Shown here one piece after another: positions 1 through 10,827 of a DNA stretch of 50,980 nucleotides. A model generated the notes under the pieces. The model worked only from the letters and a program-made list of their open reading frames with translations, did no database searches and had not been told where the DNA came from. The stretch is from Cyanophora paradoxa CCMP329. Lineage: Eukaryota > Plantae > Glaucophyta. The number at the start of each line of letters is the position of its first letter. Position 1 is the first letter of the stretch. The DNA is taken from contig QPMI01000313.1 of the NCBI GenBank assembly GCA_004431415.1, positions 1-50,980 of the forward strand, written 5' to 3'. The position numbers and the translations under genes are program-made.

Positions 1-1566
1 AGAAAAAAGAAGAAAGATGCCCCCCAAATCTCTCTGGGGGAATATGCACAAGGTGCTAGCCTTAGGCAGATGACCCACCCACCCACAAGTCACTAAATCA
101 AAAGCCCCAGGTTTCCAATCTGCCAGAAAAAAGAAGAAAGATGCCCCCCAAACCTCTCTGGGGGAATATGCACAAAGCGCTAGCCTTAGGCAGATGACCC
201 ACCCACCCGCAAGTCACTCAGTCAAAGGCCCCAGGTTTCCAATCTGCCAGAAAAAAGAAGAAAGATGCCCCCCAAATCTCTCTGGGGGAATATGCACAAG
301 GTGCTAGCCTTAGGCTGATGACCCACCCACCCACAAGTCACTAATTCAAAAGCCCCAGGTTTCCAATCTGCCAGAAAAAAGAAGAAAGATGCACCCCAAA
401 TCTCTCTGGGGGAATATGCACAAGGCGCTAGCCTTAGGCAGATGACCCACCCACCCGCAAGTCACTCAGTCGGAGGCCCCAGGTTTCCAATCTGCCAGAA
501 AATAGAAGCAAGATGCACCCCAAATTTCTCTGGGGGAATATGCCCAAGGCGCTAGCCTTAGGCAGATGACCCACCCACCAGCAAGTCACTCAGTCGAAGG
601 CCCCAGGTTCAGGATCTGTGACAAAATCAAAGAGAGATGCACCCCAAATCTCTCTGGGGGAATATGCACAAGGCGCTAGCCTTAGGCAGATGACCCACCT
701 AAAAGCAAGTCACTCAGTCAAAGGCCCCAGGTTTCCAATCTGCCAGAAAAAAGAAGAAAGATGCACCCCAAATCTCTCTGGGGGAATATGCACAAGGCGC
801 TAGCCTTAGGCAGATGACCCACCCACCAGCAAGTCACTCAGTCAAAGGCCCCAGGTTTCCAATCTGCCAGAAAAAAGAAGAAAGATGCCCCCCAAATCTC
901 TCTGGGGAATATGCACAAGGCGCTAGCCTTAGGAAGATGACCCACCCACCCACAAGTCACTAATTCAAAAGCCCCAGGTTTCCAATCTGCCAGAAAAAAG
1001 AAGAAAGATGCACCCCAAATCTCTCTGGGGGAATATGCACAAGGCGCTAGCCTTAGGCAGATGACCCACCCACCCGCAAGTCACTCAGTCGAAGGCCCCA
1101 GGTTTCCAATCTGCCAGAAAATAGAAGCAAGATGCACCCCAAATTTCTCTGGGGGAATATGCCCAAGGCGCTAGCCTTAGGCAGATGACCCACCTAAAAG
1201 CAAGTCACTCAATCGAAGGCCCCAGGTTCAGGATCTGTGACAAAATCAAAGAGAGATGCACCCCAAATCTCTCTGGGGGAATATGCACAAGGTGCTAGCC
1301 TTAGGCAGATGACCCACCTAAAAGCAAGTCACTCAGTCAAAGGCCCCAGGTTTCCAATCTGCCAGAAAAAAGAAGAAGGATGCACCCCAAATCTCTCTGG
1401 GGAAATATGCCCAAGGCACTAGCCTTAGGATGATGACCCACCCACCAGCAAGTCACTCAGTCGAAGGCCCCAGGTTCAGGATCTGTGACACAATCAAAGA
1501 AAGATGCACCCCAAATCTCTCTGGGGGAATATGCACAAGGCGCTAGCCTTAGGCAGATGACCCACC
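1..1566 (+). repeat. 124-bp tandem satellite array (left block)
   Basis: Monomer GATGCACCCCAAATCTCTCTGGGGGAATATGCACAAGGCGCTAGCCTTAGGCAGATGACCCACCCACCAGCAAGTCACTCAGTCAAAGGCCCCAGGTTTCCAATCTGCCAGAAAAAAGAAGAAA. GATGC recurs at 16 and 140, giving period 124. Confidence 0.98.
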
Positions 1567-2074
1567 AGCTGAGCTTGGCGCGTTGTCTCCAACAATTAAA
1601 TCCGCGAATTCTTACGATTTACCGTAACAGCATCAAATCTAATCGAAAATCACCGTAAGGCTCAGTGTCACGATCGATTCATCTTCGATTCATCTTCGAT
1701 TCACTCGATTCATCTTCGATTCAATCGATTCAATTCAACTTTTTATGCGCGGCTTCTCCCACGATTCCGCACGATAGACAGTAAGGAGATCTATTGTACA
1801 ATCGATTCCGCAAGATAAGCGGCAATGTACAATAGATCTCGCACGATAAACAGTAACAATTCACCTTTTTTCGCGCGGTGTCTCCCACGATAACAACACG
1901 CTTCAATAAAAATAAATCTTACGTCGGGTTTCGCCCTTCCCCCGTCGTTTTCGGTGCAGCAAATGGTTGCGCAACCATTTTTTTTGGTTGCGCAACCACC
2001 GCAACCAGGTCGCGCAACCACCGCAACCAGGTCGCGCAACCATTTTTTTTGGTTGCGCAACCACCCCGCAACCA
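1567..2074 (+). repeat. Left terminal inverted repeat (508 bp)
   Basis: Reverse complement of 11902-12409; I found 4 substitutions by eye. Confidence 0.97.
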
Positions 2075-2221
2075 ACGCAACCACCCCGCAACCAACGCAA
2101 CCACCCCGCAACCCCCGCTAAACCGTTACAGTCGTGGGTTCATGACTAATGAACGCCGATTGTCTCTTTTTTATCGCTCTTCGTCTCATGAATTTCCTAA
2201 AACCTTTCACGTCATCTTCTG

Positions 2222-2874
2222 TTAAGATCGCGCGATCTGTGTAAGTCTTAATGTCATAACTTGCAAACTTGCGATTACAGTTTGGTAATTATGTCCCCAC
2301 AGGCGATGTAGTTCTTTGTAAGTTTTCTTATCCATTCCACCGTTGTATTCATCGTAAGCACAGTTAAACTCTTTTTCATTTCCTAAAATGTTAAAGAATA
2401 CCACGAATTCCACATTACGACGAATGGTAGTAGAAATAGAACAGATACGTTGGACATTAAAAATAACCGAAATCGAATAATGGCGTCCACTTGTAACCAA
2501 TTTAGATAACACAGCGTTATTATGCATGTCCAGAGTGGAACCTATCATGTCATCAAGAATCAAAACTAAATTGTGGCGTTTCTCGTTGTTCTCGATTCGT
2601 TTTTTTGCATGCTGATCAATCTTAAAACTAAATCATCATTCCATTCCTCGTAAATATTATCGGGATGGGTGATGTCTCTAAATTGACCAGTAAACGCAGT
2701 CGAACTAAAAACTACGATCTGATCGATTTTATCGCGTAGTTCGAAAAGTAAATATTTCGTGAACATTGTCTTACCAGTGTTCGAGCGTCCACAATTTAAG
2801 ATTCGCGTAGGTATTTTAATTGTTCTGTTCGGCTCGAATTCCGGTATATTGTTTAGGTCTACTGTGTTATCCAT
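2222..2874 (-). CDS. A32/FtsK-HerA-family DNA packaging ATPase (frameshifted at T7 run 2600-2606; C-terminus uncertain)
   Basis: Walker A GRSNTGKT, 'IVVFSST', Walker B (LVL)ILDD and A32 motif GRHYSISVIFNVQ. ORFs 2566-2874 and 2222-2563 join as MQKKRIENNEKRHNLVLILDD if one A is added. Confidence 0.92.
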
Positions 2875-2924
2875 TACAGTAATCCCATAAAAAAACGATT
2901 AAGCCAATAACCCACACCAATCGC

Positions 2925-4150
2925 TTAGAAGTTACTTACTTTAAGCGTAGAAATATTATAGCCGTTGAGAACGAGAACGTTGTGGCGAAGTGCGTAAATG
3001 TCAACAACAACAGGTGCAGCATCAGTGCAACCGGAAACTGTGAGATCCATGTAGGAACTCGAAGAATTGAAGAAATCTTGGTAACCCATGACAGAGTTGT
3101 GCAGGGAATCCTTACCGGACTTCGAAAGAACGATCCCGTAAACATTGCCGCCTTGGAATCCGAAGTTTACATTACCAACGGTAGTTCCCTTGTAATGCGA
3201 GGGGATGTGGTTCACAGCCGAAAGGAACCCACTAATCGGTCGGTTCGAGATGTCGAGAGAACGATTATTGTGGAAGATTTGGAACTGATCAATCTTAACA
3301 TTTCCTTCGTAGCCCTCGAAATCTGAATGCGTGTATTTGTTGAGTTTGTTAACTTCGCGCACCGTCATAAGAATGCTGTGAACGAGACCGGAAACATTCG
3401 CAAGCGAAACTTCGACAGATTCGCCCGCATCGGCGGTTTTCTGTGATCGAGTTCGCTTCTGAATCACTTCGGTAATCGGAATGCGAATTCCCCCCTGTTC
3501 GTTCGCCATTTTCAGTAGCGCTTCCGCCTCGGGGGAGGCGATGTTAACGAATTGACAGATCAGGGCGCAGTCGGTCATCGCCAAAGCTCCCCCAGAGGGA
3601 ACCTGAACTACCGCAGCTTCGCGGAAATCAACTTCAATCGTAGGCATATCGGCAAGAACGCAAAGTGGGAAATACGCATCATCCCAGAATTGCGCCGGAA
3701 TTTTAACAACATATTCCCAGGTCTTATCGGTGCTGTTTCGGTTGTTCTCTGAGTAGTAACCCAGCGAAACAAACATGCTCGCCATTGTGGCGTGGTCGTT
3801 ATCGACGAGCGCGTTTACAGTAATCCAATCGCCGGAATGATGTATTTGAACCCACCGTGAACGAAGCGGACTTCGGAAATAAACGACGAACCACCATTGG
3901 GCATTACGCATTGAACGGCGCCACCCGTTGTGACCTTAAAATTGAGACTAACGCCGCTAAGAAGTTGCTTACGCGGTAGATCAAAGTAAGCGGTTGTTTT
4001 GAATCCGAAAGTGTTACCACGAGGGCGGACTTGCTCTAAAAACGGTTTATACTTGGGATTGGTTCCGATTTGAAGACCAGGCGATAAATACACTTGATCC
4101 GAACCGGGAGTCACAAGTAGTTCTTTAAGAGTTGTTCCACTAAGCGCCAT
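2925..4150 (-). CDS. Major capsid protein, double jelly-roll (~408 aa; frameshifted near 3851-3853)
   Basis: The joined frame gives SEVRFVHGG-VQIHHSGDW (cf. the 'ELEIGGQRIDKHYGDW' pattern of DJR MCPs), YFPLCVL..IEVDFR and C-terminal DIYALRHNVLVLNG. Beta-rich, and located between the ATPase and the penton. Confidence 0.8.
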
Positions 4151-4202
4151 TTTCGCTGTTTACAATACAACAAGAAATTTTTAAATTACAATAATAAACA
4201 GA
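4151..4202. promoter_or_regulatory. Putative bidirectional promoter between the MCP and penton genes
   Basis: 52-bp AT-rich spacer between divergent ATGs; TAAACAG lies just upstream of both start codons on their respective strands. Confidence 0.5.
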
Positions 4203-5096
4203 ATGACGCGTTATTATATTAATATTGATTCGAGAGATCGCGAAAATGGAACACCTTCCGAATTTCTCTACAAACTTCCCCATGCAATTCAAAAGGTTAA
4301 AGCATGCAGAGTTACAAATTTCGAAATGTTTAACAATATTTACAACCTTGCAGAGGCAGGATCACTTACCACATCTACCAAAGATGCAGCAGGAAGCACA
4401 AAGAACAGACATAATATTATTGCAAAAGGTTCATACACAACAGACAGTTTAGTGAATTATCTAATTGCTAAGATTGGATCACAGAACTATTCCCAAAGTC
4501 CCAGTGGAACCTATACCAAACACTTCTATGTAACTTATGATCCTATCACAATGTTTTTGAGGTTCATTTGTGAATCTGAATTCAGCATCACTATGGGCAG
4601 TCAGATTCTTGCTAATTTTCTTGGGTTTAAAGATGCAAACAAAGTATACCCCTCAGCACTATTAGATGGGAGTGTTACCATTGGATCATACACATACACA
4701 CACTACATAGACAGTGAAATACCATTAGACCTTCTATTTAATTCCTACTTGCTTCTACACATTGCACAACTAAAAGGCAAGTATGTGAGCAATAACACCA
4801 AAGATAATAATGCTCTTGCTAAAATTGAGATTGACAAGACAGTTGGTAGTTTGCTAATATATGATTCTTCAAATAATGCAATGATCACCCATGAACAGAA
4901 TGGCTTGGTGGAACTTGAAGCAATGGATGTAAGACTTTCTTATTGGAATGGTAACACAGCAGACATCACAACTGATTGGAGTATGACATTAGAAGTTGTG
5001 ACTGAGGATGAGAAGGAACTAACCAAGAGATCACTTCAAAAGGTGATACAAGATTTCGAAGAGGCATTCATTCCATTTTGTAGGTCATATCTGTAA
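4203..5096 (+). CDS. Minor capsid protein (penton, single jelly-roll), 297 aa
   Basis: N-terminal YINIDSRDR...FLYKLP..IQKV and C-terminal LEAMDVRL...DWSMTLEV are typical of PLV/NCLDV pentons. Divergently transcribed from the MCP. Confidence 0.8.
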   Translation: MTRYYINIDSRDRENGTPSEFLYKLPHAIQKVKACRVTNFEMFNNIYNLAEAGSLTTSTKDAAGSTKNRHNIIAKGSYTTDSLVNYLIAKIGSQNYSQSPSGTYTKHFYVTYDPITMFLRFICESEFSITMGSQILANFLGFKDANKVYPSALLDGSVTIGSYTYTHYIDSEIPLDLLFNSYLLLHIAQLKGKYVSNNTKDNNALAKIEIDKTVGSLLIYDSSNNAMITHEQNGLVELEAMDVRLSYWNGNTADITTDWSMTLEVVTEDEKELTKRSLQKVIQDFEEAFIPFCRSYL

Positions 5097-5120
5097 AAAA
5101 TATATCTTTGCATATATCAA

Positions 5121-5879
5121 ATGTCAGGATCCAGGAAAACCCAACCCAAGAATTTCTTGTCGAAACCTGTTGCAGATGCCGATGGGATAACAGAGGGAAA
5201 GAAGGGAAGGAATTGGGACAAGAAACCCAAAGGAACAGCAGCACTTGGAACAGGTGATCTTGACAAGGACATCCACAAAATGATGAATCAGCACACAGCA
5301 ACACCAACTGATAATGCGAACGACGATAACGCTTTGATTGACCAAGTTCCACTGAATCGAATGCCTAAGAAGCGAAAGCATTTCAGAGAGAAGACCAAAG
5401 AGAAACTTTTACCATCCGCCACGCTTTTAAAGCTTCTTGATGGCGGCGAGCGACTTTATTCGACATACTCGGAGAAGGATAACCGCAATCGTTACTTTAT
5501 CCGCTTGAAAACGGGCGGTCTTAAATCGGTCAAATACCAGGACGCCAAAAAAATGGTTCAGGGGATTGCGAACGAGACCGCGTTAGAGAACAAGATTCTC
5601 GAACAGCAGATCACGAAAGAGAAGGTCGAAAAGAAACCGGATGTGACGTTCGACGTTCTTCCCGATCCAATCACAACCGCGAAGAATACGCCAATTGAAT
5701 TAATCGCTAAGACCATCGATTACGCGGAGAGTAACAAGACCGATTTACCGGTAATGAACAAGAGTTTACTTCGGGTCGCCACTTCGCAAGCCGACCCCAT
5801 TACATCGGTTCCCTCCGCCGCCCCCATGCTTTCGGGGTTCGCAAAACTTGGGATCCGCCCCGGTTACCGGAGGTTTTAA
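5121..5879 (+). CDS. Hypothetical Lys-rich protein, 252 aa
   Basis: Long ATG-initiated ORF 24 bp after the penton; NLS-like PKKRKH; no recognisable family. Confidence 0.7.
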   Translation: MSGSRKTQPKNFLSKPVADADGITEGKKGRNWDKKPKGTAALGTGDLDKDIHKMMNQHTATPTDNANDDNALIDQVPLNRMPKKRKHFREKTKEKLLPSATLLKLLDGGERLYSTYSEKDNRNRYFIRLKTGGLKSVKYQDAKKMVQGIANETALENKILEQQITKEKVEKKPDVTFDVLPDPITTAKNTPIELIAKTIDYAESNKTDLPVMNKSLLRVATSQADPITSVPSAAPMLSGFAKLGIRPGYRRF

Positions 5880-6235
5880 AACCGACCTTTGCGTAGCCCG
5901 ACGTTAATGATCATTTTGCCGTTAAAAAATTTCTTGTTCAAATGTAGCGCTACGTAAACAATCCATTCGCGTAGGCTCACGTTTACTCATTTTTATGGGT
6001 GGCGTTGTAGAAAGAAGTGATATCCATGTATATCGCGCTTTTATCACCTGTTCTACGGGGTTCATTCGTGGAAACTTGCGACCGACAAGTAGACAATCGG
6101 GGACACTTCGATTTATTTTCCGGCATCTTCTTTCAAAACGGTGCAAAAAAATGACGGCTTTTCAAGACAAGTATATACCAACAACAAAAAGGACTTAAAG
6201 ATTTCTTGTTATATATCAGAAGAGGACAAAGTACG

Positions 6236-6490
6236 ATGCCGATTAGCGAAGCACAGAAGCGCGCAATTTACCGTTACCGCAAGACCGAAAAGGGTCGTGA
6301 ATATCTTAAAAAGTACAGCAACAGACTGTCGAAACAAATGAAGGAATTATACGACACCGACGAGTGTTACCGAGCGATGAAGATAGTCGATAGTTCACAA
6401 CGCCAGTACGTCGCTAACGCCGTGTGTTACATTAAATACCTTTATGGGGTTCCGCACTCAAATCGGGGGCGCCCCTCGATCTACTTCTGA
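6236..6490 (+). CDS. Small basic hypothetical protein, 84 aa (MPISEAQKRAIYRYRK...), possible DNA-binding regulator
   Basis: ATG at 6236 downstream of an AT-rich motif that also precedes the polymerase gene; basic, probably helical N-terminus. Confidence 0.6.
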   Translation: MPISEAQKRAIYRYRKTEKGREYLKKYSNRLSKQMKELYDTDECYRAMKIVDSSQRQYVANAVCYIKYLYGVPHSNRGRPSIYF

Positions 6491-6725
6491 TCTTGTTTTT
6501 TCTCAGCGCGTTTGCCCTGAGAACCCAGCGCGAGCGCAACCGCGCTTAATCGTAATAAATCTTGTTTGTATTATTTTTAGAACCATTGTATGATGGTCGA
6601 CCCTTTGTTATTTTTCCTATTTGCTTGACCGATCGCTAAAATGCGCCGGTCAAAAAATGACGTCATAGAATAAAATCACTTAAAGAATAAATTTATTTGT
6701 ATAGAATAAGGAAAGCGCCAACAAA

Positions 6726-9700
6726 ATGCCTCGCGCAGTTAGTATCCAATCCGCTAAGAAGAGAGCGAGTATTCTTTCGAAGCTTGGTTATGCTCTTGGA
6801 AATGGGTTTATGAATGAAGAGCAATTTAACGCATTCGGTCACTTTGCCTTCGTCAGACGACCGAGACTAAGCGCACTGAACGACATCGAATACTCAATTG
6901 ATGATATCATTGCGAGAGGTGAGGCTCAGCAAAACACAGAAGACGAAATTAACCGCTTGGGTCGTATTGATGTTCCACAGGAGTTGGTGAATCAGCGACC
7001 AGAGAGAAACACAAAGACACACACGAATCCGTTCAATCGGATGAAAACCGATCTTGGCGAGTTCATTGCGAACTCGCCAGGCGACATGGTCACGCTGCAT
7101 GTTCGACTTTACAAAGAGGTCGCAGAGGACGAAATCGCGAATTTGCCCGCAAACGCTGTTGTGATTCAAGCGAACGGTTTGTATTACCGGGATCTGAAAA
7201 AGACCCGTAGTAATCAACCTCTTGCAATCCAATGTTCGAAAGAAGCGCTGCTTGCAAATCTCGAAAAAATAACGAACACATTCAATTCTTTCCCTGCTCT
7301 AACAACTGTCGAAGACATCCATCAATTCATGTTCGAAATCGTCCGCTTCAATCAGGAAAACCAGGACTTCCGATACTTGACGATTGTTCAAGAGGACATT
7401 TACGGTGAGATCATCACAATTGAACGAATCATCACCACCGACAACCAAACGTATACGCCGAGACAACAGCAAGCGCTACGCGATACGCAACATGCCCCGA
7501 TGATCATATCGAAGTATTTGCGCAATGAGACGAACCCAAAAGCCAAAACTTTGGGGGAACTGTTCATTAGGGGTGATAGATTTAAAGTGGGTCGGTGTGT
7601 TCCGGATGTGCTTGTGATGCATTTCGCACAGGCGTTTCAGAAAGCGCAAGCGAAAGGCAAGTATAAATCGGTCGATTGGACACACAGTGGAATATTTAAA
7701 ATGATTCGGGGTCGGGAACCCACAGAGGGGGACGATTGGGGCTTCACCTTTGAGGAAATCGTAGAAAAGGTTCTGACACCATACCGCATCGGAATGGTCA
7801 CGATCGATAAAGACGATAAGACCGAAATACCCGAACTCACTTTCAAACCGAAAACGAGAAATACACACCTCACGCCATCGGTTGCATACGTGAAAATCGA
7901 AAACGGTCACATGTATCTACTAAACGATAACCTGAAATCACTAACTCACTCTTTCAATGGGTCGAAGTCGAATTCTGACACGAATCTTTCGGTGGGTCGC
8001 GATTCAAGATTGTCAAGCAAAGAAAACATCGCGAATTTGCGGCAACTCCTGAGGATATCGTGAAAATCATCAATTCGGAGGAGATGAAGAACCAGAGCAA
8101 AATTTCGATCTGTTACAGTGGATACCTCGACGATCTTCTGAAAGAGTTCATTGTTGATGTGAATTACCAGGTGCATGCGGGGATTTCCCCAATGCGCAAG
8201 ATCACACACATTCATTTCACGTATGGTGAAAAGAGTATTACGATCACACCACCCGGTTCCGACACAGATGTGGAAACCGCTTACGAAGTGAAATTCAAAG
8301 ACGCAGAGTATCGTGATAAGTTCGAGCGGCTGAATCTGAAAATGTATCTGAGTCTCGTGAACAATGCAAACAAGAGTTCATACAACGATCAGACCATGAC
8401 AGCCTTCCGCCTTGGGTCACAGACCGCCCTTCGTGGGTTCTTCGACTTAGATACCGAAACCCGGGATGACCTCCATTGGAACGAAAACATTTACGAACAC
8501 GATGTGTGCAAGGCATACCCCGCAATCATCGCGAAACAGATCGAATTCGTTCCTGTCGTTAGTAAATTCGATTACTTCAAAAAGACGACTGTAACTTCCG
8601 CGGATCAGATCGAAAACTACAATTTCTATTACGTGAAGTTGCACTCGAAGTTTTTCAAACCAATGAAGAACCCCGACGGATCGACGTATTTTCTTAACAC
8701 GTATGATCGTCACAAGCGCATGCTAATTGATTCGGCTTACAATGTCATTCCGGGAATGGTTCTGAAAAAACACTACGATGCTCTGAAAGACGACATTACC
8801 ATAAAGGGAGTTCTCCGACCATTTAAGTTGGTTCCGAATTTCTCGGGCGATGTGATTCGGCAAATCATGCAAAGTGATCTTGACCCGAACGATAAAAAGC
8901 AAATGCTTGTCGCCAATATCGGACAGATTGGGAAACAGAAAAACCACAAAGTAAAGACCACGATCTTCAACAAGAGAGACGATGCGATCGAATTCCAAAA
9001 GCAATATGGCGGAGAAGTAAAGCTCTACGTGTTTGGTAAAGATCCAACATCGTATGACCCAACTTGTTACGTCATTAGCGAGGAAGAGATTACGGAACCG
9101 TGTATCTACTATGTGAATCAAGTAGCCGAAAGATATCTTACCGATGGGTTCATGCCGTTCCACAACCTGATGTATTCCCTAATGCGCATGAATCTATACG
9201 AGAAGTGCGTAGAACTCAGTGCAAAAGGGATTAATCCTGTTGCTGTGAATACCGATTGCGTCTACACTACCTCGTGCGACCCAATCCCCCTCGTTAGTTT
9301 CGACCGCCACGCCTACGAAAACATCGGGGGTTCAGTGTAAAGCATTGCCCCAATTTCATCAAGAAGTATATCGGCAAAGACAAGGTGCTAAACTTGCGGC
9401 GTATTCACTACGGCAAATTGGAGCGACAGGACGACTTCGTGAAATTAGAGAAGTTGAACTATTTCACTTTCTCAGCAGTTGATGAATTCGACACACCAGC
9501 GATTTGTCTAACTCTTGCGACTCAGAAAAGATGGATTATTCTTGGCGTTGTTCCCGGAGTGGGGAAAACTCACATGATGATGGAGTATTCGAAGCAATTC
9601 CAAAATCCACTTTTCATCGTTCCGACAAACAAGCGCATTCGAGACATGAAGTTGAAAGGCATAAAGAATGTCAAAACTATTTACGATGCGCTCCATCTCA

Positions 9701-10827
9701 AAGTTGACGATTCGAACATGGAAGAGATCGTAGGCGGGAACGCTTCCGGTTTGGCGGACTTTGATGGTATTTTCATTGACGAAATCTGTCAGTTCACAGT
9801 CCCCGAGTTGGGGGCGCTCGCCCACATTATGGGGGTTCTGTTCCCCGACAAGGTCTACGTGGCTACCGGCGACCCCTTTCAGAACCCACCGATACAGGAG
9901 ATGACCGTAAATCAGAAAGAGTATTACGCGTATATTCTTCGGCATCTTTTCGGAAACGAGTTAGTCCTGAAAGTTAACAAGCGCCACAAGACCCAGGAAG
10001 ATCGCGATACAGTCGAGTGTATACGCCGTGATCTTTTCGAAAACGGTTTGAGTGTTCCCGATGTAATTAATAAATACAAGTTTGAGACGGTGAACGCATT
10101 GGGAAAGGATGACCGCGCGATAGTTTACACCAACCGCAAAGCGGCGGAAGTAAATCTACAAATCCACAGGATGAATCACGGGGAAGATGTTCCTATTTAC
10201 GCGAAAGGCGTGGAAATTGTCGCGAAGCAAAGGATCGTGAAGAATGGCGTAACCATTCACAATGGGTTCAGCTACACGATTAAGGCGTTTAACGACACAG
10301 AATTCGTCATCGAGGACATCGCGACGAAGGAGGAAGTGAGGTTAGACCCGCCCGCAATGCGCTATTTCGCGCTCCCTTACGCTTACACTTGTCACGTCAT
10401 TCAGGGTGATACTATTGTGTGCAAGAATGGGAACGTCGTCATTTACGAAGCGGGCGCACCGTTTGTTTCGAGCGAATGGTTTTACACAGCGGTCACACGA
10501 ACTACTGAACTAAATCGGGTCAAAATTTACCATGATGGATTCGAGTGGGCAACACATGTCGTTGACAAGCGCAAGTTCAATGAGCGCATTGAACAGTATA
10601 AGGAACAGGATAAGAAGGCAAACCGACCATTTGACGAAAACGATTATGTGAATTGGGAGTGGTTCAAAAAACGCTACGGAAAACAATATGGTCATTGCCT
10701 TCGTTGCTATGGTGGTATGGATTTCGATCTTAATGTAATCTCGATCGATCGAGTGAATAACGCATTGCCCCATACAACCAAAAATTGTTTCCTGTCTCAT
10801 ATTAGGTGTAACTGTGCTGCTCAGTAA
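6726..10827 (+). CDS. Replication polyprotein: N-terminal/Cys-His protease-like region + protein-primed family B DNA polymerase + SF1 (RecD/Pif1-like) helicase + HNH-like Zn domain (~1367 aa after repairing two frameshifts)
   Basis: PolB-like motifs: A YEHDVCKAYP, B KQMLVANIGQIGK, C AVNTDCVY. SF1 motifs: GVVPGVGKT, VPTNK, IFIDE, GDPFQNPP, NKRH, YAYTCHVIQGDT, YTAVTR. C-terminal CLRC...SIDRVNN..H...NC...H..CN. Frames join at G runs 7994-7996 and 9326-9330. Confidence 0.85.

Noticed and set aside
1791-2225. ORFs in the left TIR (and the mirror ORFs at 11715-12098)
   Set aside because: They are low-complexity readings of the GCAACC repeat array.
5922-6341. Short ORFs 5922-6146, 5995-6198 and 6141-6341
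   Set aside because: They overlap each other and a probable promoter region and have no recognisable features.
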